From Ascoidea asiatica JCM 7603 (lineage: Eukaryota; Fungi; Ascomycota), in the NCBI GenBank assembly GCA_001600695.1, contig BCKQ01000023.1, forward strand, positions 1 to 38,352: a stretch of 38,352 nt of DNA, written 5' to 3'. Under the pieces are notes generated by a model. The model did not search any database, had not been told where the DNA came from, and saw only the letters and a list, made by a program, of their open reading frames with translations. Positions 24,181 to 37,218 of the stretch are shown in pieces; the first letter of the stretch is position 1, and the number at the start of each line of letters is the position of its first letter. A program made the position numbers and the translations under genes.

Positions 24181-25706
24181 TGATTGTTCATTTATTTGAT
24201 TGAGATTTTTCTAATTGATCAAGCTTGTTGGCTAATAAAAAGACTCGATAGTCAGTACGATATATTGGTTCTTTCTATTGAAAAGCAAGGATTGAATGTG
24301 ATTTTTATATTTGCAAATTAACCAAAATTGTTGGCATATACTGTAAATAATACTGAATAAATAACTCAAGCTTGAATAACATGACGCCATCGATCACAGT
24401 TATGAAGTGTTGGCGTTGATAAACGCAGTTTATGGCTCAAAATTATCATGGAACTTATAAGATTTACCATCCGCTGAAAAAGGTGTGCTATGCATGAAGC
24501 ATTGATGGTGGTTATTTTCTTTCTAATTTTATTCTTCTTCATCCAAATGTTTTAGAGTAGATGGCACTGGAATGGCTAATGTAACCGTTGATGTGATAAT
24601 TGGGGATTCAGTTGGAATACTTGGTTACCAAGGGGCCGAGCTATAGCATACTGGTATAGTTGGCAGTTTTGTTGGAAATGAGTTGGTTGCAATATTGGTT
24701 ATACCATTACAGAATTGGATTCTGAAGTATTTGATAGAGTTGGCGAATCGATAGAGGATTCAGATAGGGAAGTATTGGATGGTATATTATTTGTTGGTGG
24801 TACCTGATATAATAGTTATTTGAGTTTGGGTTTTATTAATGCTTGAGGTCTGCTTTGTATTTAGCGTATGCCCCTTGAGCTTCTTATTTCTATAGTCAAA
24901 GGTCTTTATGTTTTGATTTATATTGATTATGTTTGTTTTATATTGATTAGTTTGTTTTTTATTAATACATTTGTTTATATTTAAGTTGTTGGTACCGTTA
25001 TTTAGATGGTTGTACTGTCGAAAGGTACACGGTCTGCGAGAAAGTTTTAGTTACTTGGAGCAATATGTATTAAAGTTTTTGAGGGATGTAGCTGGAGGTG
25101 AGTTATATGATCTTGAAATGGTGGGTAAAGAATAAATAATGAAAAGAGGCTGAAATCGGTTAGTTCTGTGCATTCAACCGTAATCCCTGAGTGACATAGA
25201 CTTTCTAATAGAATTGGCGTACGTATGGTTAAATAACAAGGGGTACAATAATGTAGATATGTTAGCATAATTGTGAAATTTGAGTAAATTGGAATTCTGT
25301 TACATATATTGTAACATTATATTTAAAGCTCATGAATTCTCAATTATTTCAATATCTTATTTCATTTTTTTTTCTTTCTTTTATAAATAGTTCTGAACAC
25401 ATAATTAAGATAATTAATTTATCTTAATAGTTTATTAACATTCCATAAGTGTGGTAATTTTGTTAATATCGGATCCTTATAATTAAGGTGTTCATTTTTC
25501 AAGTATCATTCAGTACATATTATCTAGCCTCTGATAATACACAGTCAAAAAAAGTTTAACTTCAGAACTTAAACATGTAGCTGCTGCCGGTATACTACCA
25601 CATTGATTCAACCTGTTGTGATTCAAATGTACCAATCTTTGTCTGTGTTCTACTTAATGATTCAACTGATACAATTTTATTTAGGTTGAGAACCTTTTAG
25701 ACATTA

Positions 25707-26565
25707 TGTTGATTATTTAAGCTGTTCATACAGTGTTGCTGTTCGCATCACAATTATTTATGAACCTAAGATCATTGGGAACAATTACCAAAAACGTCAT
25801 GGTCTGGGTGTAGAACCGAGATTGGTTAGTAGAACTCCGACTCGTTTGTCCGCATTACCACTGCGACAAAAATTGTCATTATGCCTGCCTAATGGGTCAT
25901 CGTGCGGAATATTTGGTACCCTCAGAAACTTCCGGGAGAGAAATAATATTTTGAAAGAATTTTATAACAATTACAAAGCTTTTATAGAATACCTGACCGG
26001 TATTCCGTATTTTTTTAAAAAAGTAAAATCTCTTGAAAAATATTTAACTATTCTAAGAACTTTGTAATAGTTACAAAGTTCTTACTATACGTAACCAGCG
26101 CGCTTCTTTTCGAAAAACTAAAATATTTTAAAAGATACGAAAATATTTCTAGAAATTTGTAATAATTACAAAGTTCTTTATAACAGTAAACTTGTCAACG
26201 CACCACTAACGGCGAAAATGTGTTTGTGTAGCAGAACTTGTGTTTTTGTGTAATCGGCCCACAAGTTTCAAAATTTCGAATCTACTGATCAAATATTATT
26301 TTCATCAGGTATCAAAATTGACATAAAAAGACGAGAAGAAAATTATATTTATTTAAAATAAAAAAATGAATATACGAATATAGCAAATAAAAGCGATGCT
26401 AATGGAATTATTTATATAATATATATTAATACGTTCAAACGGAAATAAAATGAAAAGTTATATATAGGAAACTTATGAGATATTTGGCATTGAATAGTAT
26501 GTTAATTTACAAAATTATAGATCAAAAACAAACTTTAAAAATACTAATTTTGATCAGGGTAATCA
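25707..26565 (+). repeat. 5' LTR (~860 bp)
   Basis: Colinear with 30673-31520 (shared ACAATTACCAA, AACCGAGATT, CGCACCACTA..GGCGAAAATGTGTTTGTGTA, CAGGTATCAAAATT and terminal CAGGG.AATCA). Confidence 0.8.
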
Positions 26566-26599
26566 ATATGGAAGCTACCCTAGTGTTCACAATGTAAGT

Positions 26600-29500
26600 G
26601 AACTCAAAAGTCAAAAAATTTGAGAAAATTTTGGATTTGATTACTCTAAAAATTATGCTAATATGGTTGGGGTAATAAATAATAGAATGAATTTTTATAA
26701 TAGGTTTGATCCTTTAACAGCTATATGAGATGCTATTAAATTAGGTGAAGGTTTAAGAAAACCAAATAAGACTTCTTTAGGAGAAAATTCTGCTGTAAAA
26801 CATATTTTGTATTTGACTATTAGTGATAAACACAAGAATCATATTTCCCCATATAAATCTGGTTTAGAAAACTTATTAGAAATGAAAATGAGGTTAGGTA
26901 AGGAAAGAACTCATGCTGAGGTTTATAATGACTTTGCAAATTTGAAATATAATGGAGAAGTTGATCCAGCTGAATTTGTTGGTAAAATTGAAGCTTTATC
27001 TGATGAGTTGGTTAGATTAAATGATACTTTAATAAATAAACACATTGTTTCTTATTAAGATCATTAGACGAGAGTGACAAGACGATTTATGATTTTAAAA
27101 ATTTATCTTGTTTAGAACCCTCTTCAGATCAAGTTATTACAACTGTTCAAAAACAATATGATGAAAGATCAAATGAAAGATCTGCTGGTCAGTCTACTTT
27201 TAATAATATGATTATTAATGGTGGAAAGACCATTTTTAAACCAAAATCTAAAAAATCGATCAATAAATTTAATGGTGTTTCTTTTTTCAGCTATAAAAAA
27301 GGTCATAAGAAAGCTGATTGTTTTAAATTTAAAAAATTAGAAGAATCTAATAAATCTGATGAAGATTTAAAAGATAATCCTGCAATATTATCTAATATCA
27401 ATGCGAGGCATTGCTAATATGATCGTTTTAAATTTTGGTTCCCGCATTTCAATTACACATGAAAAACAATATTAAATTGATATTGAACATGCTAATAAAA
27501 AGGATATTACAGGACCTACATCTGATGATTTAGGAATACAGAATTTAGGAACTTTAAGATCAGAAGTAAAGGGTCTAATATTTAACTGAACATATTACTA
27601 TACTCCAAAAATGTTAATTTATTTAAATTCTTTAAATTTATTAAGAAAAGACGGTTTGCTATTAAAGGATGATGGTAACCATATTAAATTGCAAGATATT
27701 AATAATTCGAATGTTAACTCTCCAGTTAAATTTGAAAATAATATTTTCTCATTAGAAATAGATTTTAAATTAAAAAATAATTTAGGTAAATCAGTTTTTA
27801 ACATACATGACAAATTTGGTCATGTTAATTCAAAAATTATTAATTCAAATGAAAAGGAATTTATTGAAAAGTTAGATAATAATGATATTAAGCAACTATA
27901 TAATCAAGAAAATAATTGTCAATCATGTCTTGAATCTAAAATTAGAATAAATAATATTTATTGTAGTATACTTTACCATGCTTTTACTGAACCATTTCAA
28001 ACTGTTCATTCGGATATATTTGGCGGTTTAAGAACTCAAAATAACTTTAATAGAGGTGGTAATTTTGTTTCATTTATTTATGAATTTAGTAGATTCACTG
28101 TAATATTTGTTATTGAAAGAAAATCTGATGTATATGCGCTGTTTAAATTATATGAGAAATTTGTTAAAACGCCATTTAATTATACGATTCAGAGGATATT
28201 TTGATATTTTCAGAGCAGGGAAGTGAATATATGAGTAGTGAATTAAATAATATATGTTGTGAAAATGGAATTACTCAAAGATTTACTTCAAAACATTCTG
28301 CTCAAGCAAATGGTTTAGCTGAACGGGAAAATTTAACAATAACGAACTATTTAAGAACATTATTAAAAAGTTGAGCTTTAGGTACTGAATTTTAGCCCAT
28401 TGCTGCAAAATATGCGGTTCAATTAGGAAATTTACTATATTTGAATAAATTAAAAGATAGTCCATTTAATTACTTTTCAAAAAAGAAAGTTCATTCAAAA
28501 GACTTACCTTCATTTGGCGCAAAGGTTATCATTTCAAATTTACCCTATATTGGTAAATTAAATGCAAGAGGTGTTGAAGGTGTTGCTTTGCTACCTTATT
28601 CACAGGTTTATGGGCGCGTAATATATGTTCAATCAACACAGAAATTGGTTGATCCTAGGCTTGTTAATGTCTTAGATACTTATTTTTAAGCAACTGAATT
28701 TAATAAAACTCTATAGGATTGAGATATATTTTTATTAGAAACTGAAGAAACGGAAAATGAATTAAAATCAAAAGATATCTTAGATATTTCTGAAATGATT
28801 AATTCAAATGTGAATCCAAATTATGTTGAAGAACATGAATCAAAAGACTTTAAGCTAGTGGAATTGGATTCAACTGACAATACTTGTAGAATATGTGATT
28901 CTAAACAAAATGGTTATTAAAAAAGAAGCTCTATTGAAAGACATAGAGAAACTGAAAATATCAAATATAATAAATAAGATGTTATTTTAGAAAAGAATGC
29001 TTCATCTTATAATTAAAATTATCCAGGTAAAAGACAAACGATAAGTCTTCTGCATAGAGCATTTGATTTTATCAATAAAGATTTAAATAAAGATCTTGGC
29101 TCTTCCTTTCAAACAAATGTAACAAAAGATAAAACTGAATAGAGAAACGCAATGAAAACCGAATTTGAATCTCATTCAAGGATAGTATGTTGGGACAAAA
29201 ACTGTATTCAAATTACTGATAGAATTAGACAAAGGTTGATTAATGTTCAATGGGTTTATCAATTAAAAAAAAATGGAATTTGGAAAACCAGCTTAGTTGC
29301 AAGAGGTGATCAACAATCATTTATAACATATGATAAAGCTTTTTCTCCTACTTTGAATTTACAAGCTTTGAGAATAATATTTTCAATTTCATGCATTAAT
29401 AATATGAAAATGAAGCAACCGGATATTGAAACTCGATATTTAGACTCGAAAATAGATAAAGCTATTTATATTAACATTCCTGCTGGTCATCATATATTCT

Positions 29501-30640
29501 TTATGAAAGATTATTGTTTTAAATTAAACAGCGGAGGGTATGGTTCAAAACAAAGAGGATTACTATCGTACAATACTTTGATCTCTACAATACAAAAACT
29601 AGATTTCATTTCCAATTTTTCATGTCCATCTGTTTATAGACCGATATTTAAAACAAATCAAATAATCATGATACAGTTTTTATGTAGACGATCTTTTAAT
29701 TTGTCCTCAATCAATCGGAACTATTAATCAAATTATAGTTAAAGAATGTTTATAAACTAAGAGTCTATGCTACGATTACACACCTATTAGGGTTTGATTT
29801 TGAAATTAACACACATAAAATAATAATACAAAACCATGAGTATGCTGACAAGATTTTAATACATTATTACATTTCAAATGATAAAATTTGGAAAACTTGC
29901 TTTAATTTCTGGTGAATATATAACAAAGATGAATCTAGAAAATTTCAAAGACCTCCTGATTGAAATAAAGCTTTTTTGGCAATTCAAAGTGTTACAGCTT
30001 TACTATTATACTTATCTATTGCCATTGGACCAGATATAACTTGTTCTGCTAAATATTTTTCAAGATTTACTCGTTACAATTCACCGCTAATATGGAAAAT
30101 GCTACTTTATGTTTTGACATCTATAAATGGCTCAAAATATACGAAATTAAAAATAAAAATAACTAATAATCATGAATTACTTGGATATTCTGATTCAAGA
30201 TTCAGTCATGATCCATTCTATATAGAATCTCATCTTCTATGTATGGTATTTTATAATAATATGTTAATTTATGTCATGGAATTCATAGATGGCATCCCTG
30301 GCAGCTGAATCATGAACTAAATCTGAATATCAATCAATAGTTACAATATCAAATAACTTAGAATAAAGCAAAGGTACTATAAACTTTTGGAAAAAAAATA
30401 TAATCGAAAAGTATGAATTAGTCACAGAAAATAATTCTTCTTCTTATAATCTAGAAAAAGATTGAATTTCTGGCAAAACTAAATATTTTAATACTATATT
30501 GGATGTAATAAGCGCAGAATTGAACAACAATCAATTTGTTTTAAACAAAACTGAACAAAACAAATTTTCATATTTTAACAAATCCAGTAAGAAATGCAAT
30601 TTTAAAAAGATCCAAAAAAGTATAGTAAAATTATAATCTA
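26600..30640 (+). pseudogene. Copia gag-pol, with many frameshifts and stops
   Basis: Knuckle remnant KKGHKKADC; integrase HDKFGH..CQSC, PFQTVHSDIFG and NGLAERE; RT WVYQLKK, LVARGDQQ and YVDD at 29681-29692; RNase H LLGYSDS.F and SEYQSI. Confidence 0.92.
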
Positions 30641-30672
30641 TTCTAATATTTATTCTAATTTAATTAAGGGAG

Positions 30673-31520
30673 TATCTAGATTAGGTACCCAGTGCAACAC
30701 GTTTTAGTATTATTATGTTTATCACCCTACGTTCATTCGTCACAATTACCAACCCGCTGATGTTCGGTGAGCATAACCGAGATTTTCAAGTAACCTCCTT
30801 AAACATATGCCGGCATTATGAATGCACCGACAATCATGGAGACTCTGCCAGATTACCGGGTAACGGTACAGAACATTTTCTACCGTGAGAAAGTACCGGG
30901 AGCGAAATATTAATTTAAAAGAACCTTAACACATTTACAAAGTTTTTATAGAAAACATAAGGAGTGTTCCGTATTTTTGTAAAAATGTATAATTTTTTAA
31001 ACAATATCTATCTATTGTAAGAACTTTTTAAGAATTACAAAGTTCTTACTCTACGTAAACCGCATTGGGCTTCATTGTGAAAAACGAAAATATTTTAAAA
31101 AATAATATTATTTTTCAGGAACTTTGTAATGATTCCAAACCCCATGTTGATCCTAAACTTCTCACCGCACCACTACTGGCGAAAATGTGTTTGTGTAACA
31201 CAACTTGTGTTTTGGCTATTTGGGATAAAAGCTACAAATATCGAGTGTATTAATGTTTTTTGTATCCAGGTATCAAAATTAAAATAAAAAAGATGAAAAA
31301 GAAATTTATATTTGTTTAAAATAAGAAGCAAAAGATAAATAATATAAACGATATTAAGTCTGTTATCTATAGATTACATTTTTTATGTTAAAACCGAAAT
31401 AAAATAAATATTTTTATATAGGAAAGTTAAAATATATTTTGGCATCCGATAGTATGGTAATTTACAAGATTCTAGGTCAAAAGCAAATTCTACAATGTCT
31501 AATTTTGTACAGGGAAATCA
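30673..31520 (+). repeat. 3' LTR (~850 bp)
   Basis: Follows the PPT, is homologous to 25707-26565 and ends AATCA. Confidence 0.8.
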
Positions 31521-32131
31521 GTAAATTATTGGTTTAAAAGGTTTTTAACTGGGGTCCACGAGAGCAATTCGTCACCTGTTTGTTTATTAGGGGCGATAAG
31601 CGGAGGGCCCGTGAGTTTGCGTGATAAGTTCAAGGGTCTTAGAGCTCTTGTTCGAAGATAATCGAAGGTATCTTGTCCAATAGTTTATTAACTGGCGTTC
31701 TTTTCGTGACATAAATTCTGGTATACGGAAAACTAAAATCTACTGATTTTTCTCGGTGTCCCACATTTATGAGAGGACACGTGACATTTTTCCAGTAATT
31801 TTTTTAAAAATTTAGCGTGTCACTTAAGTGGAAGCCTAACTAACACACCCTTAGGACTAGGGTTAGCAATTTGTATGCTCAAATACACTATGCGCCATGC
31901 TCCTTCCTACTTGGGATTTGCCTCAAAGCAGACCATAAAAACCTATGTTGTTTTCAACAAATCTAGCATAGATAAAAAAAACTATGTTTGTTCAACGGGA
32001 ATTTTGTTGACGTGCGTAAAAAGCTAAGTTACTTCCCAGCGCTAGAAGTGTAGCTAATATAAATATATAATTCCCAATGTAAACTCAATGTGATTCCTTA
32101 ACTATTACATTAATTGACACAATAATTAAAA

Positions 32132-34233
32132 ATGAATTCCAATAAAAAACAAAAAGCAGAGAGGGTCCCAGCAGGTCCTGAAACGAATCATTTGCTTATT
32201 TTTTTTTACAAAAAATTTGATAAAGGAAAATAAAAGAGTATTATCTACAATTTCAGGCTGTCGTAGACTATATACATATTTTTCAAATGATTCAAATTTA
32301 ATTAAACATCTCAATAACACTCATAACATTAATCATAAAAACTATAAAGAAAAGCTATCAACCAGAATAATTACAGCAACACTTGCCCGTAACATAATAT
32401 CCATTATAGGTGAAACTAAACAATCAGCAATTTCTGAATATAATAGCCAAGTAACCCAACATTTATTAAGCGTGTTTACTGTAAATTCAAACAACGCTTT
32501 TACTGCTGTTGAGAATATATGTCTAAACAGAATGCTGATTTATATTGCCAGGTTTTACATTTATTCAAGTGCCAAACTTTGGTAGAACACAGTGTGCCGA
32601 GTTGGTTAGTAACTTATCGAGGAACCTACTCAACTCATTCTTAAATCCATCAGACTAAACAGGCTATTTATACGTTTAACAACTGATGAATGGACTTCCA
32701 AAGATAGAAAAACATTTCAAGGTATTATTGTTCATTCTACAATAGTTAAAAGTAATACTTTTTTTCATATTCATTTTCCAATTGGTTTGGGACTAATGCA
32801 TAGCACAGATGGTTTTTCCTAAGCTAATTACATTCTTGAATGTATGGATAAATTTAATTTGGTTTCTCAAAACCCAAAAGGTGAACTACCTCTCTTAGTG
32901 TCCATAACTACATACACTGCAGAAAATAATACTACAATGTGTAACTCAATTGGAGATTCACCTACGTATTTTAATTCTTCAGACCACCATGTGCGTTGTC
33001 TAGCTCATATTCTCAATTTACTCTTTCAGGAGTTTTTAAGAGAATTTAGTATTGAACTAGGTACTTATGACGAATTTTCCGGTTTTAGTTTACAGACCAT
33101 TGTAAATGTTGGTACAGAAAACTAATCAGGAACAATAGTAAACAACATTATGTATTTTTTATTGTTTTTCAGAAAACAAAAGTCCAAATCCTTATTTAGA
33201 TCATTTGGTATTTCCGATGGGTTTAAAAAAACTTCTGTTTCTTTACCCTTTGTCATCAGGTGGAAGATTATTTTAATCATGTTTCAAGAGTTTTAACAAC
33301 TTCAAATTCCAATAATGTTATTTTTGAAAGATCGCCAAACAAACTGTCTCGGAAAACAATATAGAGTGGATATGTATGTTAACATTTCCGAAAATAATTT
33401 TTTAGTCACTGCTTTCATTATTAATTTTTTAATTCCATTTGAGCACCTAACATTGGAAGTAAGCATATCTGGATTAATAGGTAATTATTTGGTTTGGTAT
33501 AAATAAGTTGGCATTCATATTAGTGATAGCTATGCGAGCTACAAGTTATCAAACGCTTGTTGTTCATCTAAAGCTCCGATGGATAAAGTATTCATATAAG
33601 TCAGTTCAAAATATTATTAGTATCTCAAGGTTATTCAGGGATGCGGTGCAATGCTTCTAGGGACATTTTTACATCCTATGAATTACGATATGCTTACATT
33701 ACATCAACAAGAAAAATGTATCAATATACAAAGTTAATTATCAATTAATGGAACTGGTAGTCAAGCAATCGAACAAACCACAGCAACAATACGTATTCGA
33801 AATAGAATGTTATCAGCTGCAACAGAATCTTCTAATTTAGCTTTTAGGTCTACTGTGGCTGTTGATGGATTTCCATATAATTTATTAGCTATTTATTATT
33901 TGCTTATGCTAACAGAAAAACATTCCAGCTATGAGAAGCCCAGAAAAAATCAGTTTACAGCTCTGCACAATAAAGAATGGATTTTCTTTTGGATAAATCA
34001 TCAATGCTCCTTCCACACTCTTCACCTACCTCTTACTTCTTAATCTAATTTAGTTGCCTCTAGAGTTGCAAATGAATGATTCGTTATCTATTGCGGTAAT
34101 CTCGATACTCGAGTGAGGAATCGACTCTGTGGGCAGTCCATGGAGGATCTCAGCATTTTGAAAAAACTATCAAGACCATTTGATCTTGAAAATGGTTTGA
34201 AGATTCTTCTAAACCAGGAGCTGGTAGGGTTAA
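32132..34233 (+). pseudogene. hAT-superfamily transposase pseudogene
   Basis: BED-finger remnant GCRRLY....SNLIKHLNNTH; catalytic LTTDEWTS (32676-32699); HVRCLAHILNL (CxxH motif); RW motif at ~33258; C-terminal dimerisation-like WINH...RNRL...SMEDL. Confidence 0.9.
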
Positions 34234-34649
34234 TATAGTTGATTACGCTCTCGGTGAGGTAAAGTAGCTAAGTAATATAACCTCGCTGATGAAAAGAACA
34301 AACTAGTTACCCTGCTCCAAAAATGGATTTTGTCGTGAATAGGACCAGCAAATTAATTAGTTAGAACAATCCTTTTGAAAATAAAACAAACTGTAAAGGC
34401 TATATTACATCTGCAAATTATTAAACTTATAGGAAGCAGCTCTTTAACCTAGTGTTTTGTAGATATTATTCCATGTATTCTTCAATTTCATTATTAATTT
34501 GTCTTTATATAAATCAAAATTTAGTAAAATGATTTAATGTACCTCTCAACAAAAATGTCATAGTTTTATACTTACGCTGCCAACCGTTATGCGTAAGCAT
34601 AATCATTAAGGTGTTTTACACGATTAGATTAATTGACAATAAATTCATT

Positions 34650-35150
34650 ATAAAATGTTACTCCAGCTTCTAAAATTTCAGTCAATTCACGAAAATATGT
34701 ATAAATGGCTTGAAATGTCAAAACTAGGGCTTCTTGAACTTTCCCCGAACAGTTCGGATATAAGTCTAACCTCTTTTTGAATGAAATACTTATGTTCTAT
34801 TGTGAAAACAAATAAAGTTAGTAATCAATTTTCAATTCATCAACTACAGTTGGTGACTCCCATTTTAACAAATCATTTACTACTATGTCTCCTTTCGGTA
34901 CCAAAAAAAATTCTACATCTTTTAAAAAATATCTTTTTCGTCAGTCAACCATTTGTGAATCACCGAATACTTATTTTAATCCGTCTTCAGCTTTTGGTCA
35001 ATCAAACTTTGGAAATTCTAGATTAGGTGAATTAAATAAAAATAGAAATAACAATAATTCAAATGAAAAATAACACGAAAAATCTATTAATTGCTTCTAA
35101 AAACTATCTTTTTGCTGGGTTAGTATCCCAAATATAAAATCATAATTAAG
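34650..35150 (+). pseudogene. Probable FG-nucleoporin (NUP42/AMO1-like) gene relic
   Basis: In order: ELSP(E) at ~34735, SPFG...SAFGQSNFG (34885-35073 ORF), then INCF*KLSFCWVSIPNI at ~35086-35136, which resembles the F....F.LG.IP C-terminal motif of this family as I recall it. Confidence 0.4.
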
Positions 35151-35275
35151 GCCAATCAATTTATTGAAGTGTGTGTTAAAGAAATATCAAACAAGTGGGT
35201 GTCCTACCAATTTCCAATAGAGCAAAATGATGTTTTATTAAGAGCTAAAATTCTAAATAATTTTTATTATTCCAT

Positions 35276-35650
35276 TTATAAATAGATAGGTAAAGTTTCA
35301 ATATTATTAGTTTTTACGGTTTGTTTTTCAAATGTTTGTAGCTTTGCTTTTGAGATTGCATTAGCTAGGCGGCAAATAGGTTTCAGGAACTTATTTTGCA
35401 CGTGAAATGTTTTTGCATTTGATAAATCTAAACACAAACTTTGAAGCACCATTTTTTTACTTATTTTACAACAGGAGAAATCTGCATAGTTTTTTAACAT
35501 TCTCGAGTGGACAAACAGATCAAAGTTAAGTTTTGATATTAACATTTCACGCAATGGAATAATATTTGAGAAAATTCCGGTTTTCTCCCCAAAATAATCA
35601 AAGTTCATCAATCGCTTCCATATATATACTTCCATCAAGGCCAGCTTCAA
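35276..35650 (-). other. 124-aa ORF of unknown status
   Basis: Open frame downstream of the pogo-like gene on the same strand; no motif recognised. Confidence 0.2.
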
Positions 35651-35775
35651 TGCTATCTATCAAATCTACCATATATTTTAAATTTGATTCCTTTTATCGG
35701 TTCAATATATAGACTTTTATCAAGGCCACCTTCAATTTTATCTATCAAATCTACCATATATTTTAAATTTGATTC
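35611..35775. repeat. 85-bp-period tandem duplication (2 copies)
   Basis: ATCAAGGCCA.CTTCAAT..TATCTATCAAATCTACCATATATTTTAAATTTGATTC occurs at 35634 and 35719. Confidence 0.9.
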
Positions 35776-35849
35776 AGTTTTAAATTTTACAGATTTTTAA
35801 ATTCAGGAGTTTGCTACTAATTGTTTCACTTCTTTTTCAGAACTGAAAT

Positions 35850-37218
35850 TTAAATACTGATTATTAATTTGTCAAAGTACTACCCAAAATGGGAAAACAA
35901 ATATCAATTTTTTTGAAACAATGATATTGTAACTCTAGCGGTTTTGCAGCTGCAAAAATATAATCAATCAAAATATTATTATTTTCATTTTTTACTAAAA
36001 TTTCAAACTATTTGCTAGCCAATTTGAGAGCTCTTTTTATAACTTTAGACTGAATGAGAAAAAATTTTTCAGTAACCTTTGTTTCTATTCCAGTATACAT
36101 ATATGAATTGTTTGTTTTCTTTTTAAACTCTGATGTATCTGTTAACATAATGGCTATCACAAAAATATTTCTTTCATTTAAAACATCATCTTTTCTAAAG
36201 AATTTAATTTAGTTTTGTCTTTTTCTGAAAATTCAAAATATTAAAAACGCCCCGGTTTGATAGTCTGCAAAAATATTTTTAATCTGTGTTGTAGAGTACT
36301 TGAAAAAATTGATATCGGGAGGTTGTAAATATGGAGATGAAGTTGGTCGGAGTTTGACTAATTTAATATTTAACTCCACTGCTTGTAAACTTGTTCCTGA
36401 GGTGCCGTGACAGGCCCCCCCCCCCCCATCCATGCGTATATATATAAGGGAATTCCCATCATTGTCAACTTTATTGATATAATTTCCAACCCATTTCCGA
36501 TATTTCATGAAACGTTTACTCTTACTCCACCCAGTATTGGAAGGGGGAAAATAACATTCCGGAAATTTTGAAATTTCATTTGATTTTAACAAAATAGTTC
36601 TTCCCTACCTAGCGGTAAGAATAGTCATAACTCATGAAATTTGCAATCCAGTTAGGCAAATTGCTGAAATTACCGTCTGCAATTTTGAACAAGGCTTTTT
36701 CAATTTGATTAGTCTGCTACTACCTCTGTTGCGATGTCCCTAGGATGAACTATAAACACCTGTTTTATCCGATATAAAAACATGTCCTTCTATTATAAAT
36801 TGCTTTTGATTTTTTGATTACATTCTTCAAACCAAACGTTTATTAAAACTTCCGTTAACAACCACGGAAATGAGCCTCGTCCTATTTATATATTGCCCAA
36901 TTAAAAAAATATTTTTATTTGTTTTAACTAAACTGATTGCACAGCTCTGGTGAACCTTAAACAAAGAACTTTTTCTTTCAAAACAACCGCAAAATGGATT
37001 TGGTAAAATCTTTTCTCGGATTGATACTCAGTTTGGGAAGTTTCTTGTAAAGTGAGCGTATTGTTGGGGACAAGAGCCATTGAAATATTTCTTATTTTAC
37101 CTTCAATATAATTATTTAAACAATTTATACAATTCTTGCAGTACCCTCTTTCTAAAGAATTGTGATCTATTTGATATAGCGCTGCTGCTTTTTGACTGTC
37201 GTTTTTTATCTGTTTCAT
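35850..37218 (-). pseudogene. pogo/Fot1-type (Tc1/mariner superfamily, DDE_1) transposase pseudogene
   Basis: N-terminal HTH-like SQKAAALYQI; ISDKTG (N.DETG equivalent, ~36760-36777); S..GW; IRMDG....CH; LRPTSSPYLQPPDINFFK (LPP..SH.LQPLD..F equivalent). Confidence 0.85.

Larger units (their letters stand above)
25707..31520 (+). mobile_element. Full-length but degenerate Ty1/copia LTR retrotransposon
   Basis: LTR-gag-PR-INT-RT-RNaseH-PPT-LTR order. A purine tract AAGGGAG at 30666-30672 precedes the 3' LTR, and a weak PBS-like TGGAAGC at ~26569 follows the 5' LTR. Confidence 0.88.

Noticed and set aside
26055-26083. 13-bp inverted repeat as an FRT/lox-like recombinase site
   Set aside because: The spacer is 3 bp rather than 6-8 bp, it lies inside an LTR, and no tyrosine recombinase is visible.
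31858-34313. TAGGGTTAGC (31858) and GTTACCCTG (~34306) as hAT terminal inverted repeats
   Set aside because: The match is short and imperfect with no 8-bp TSD identified, and CAGGGTAA recurs elsewhere (26555, 37800, 38102).
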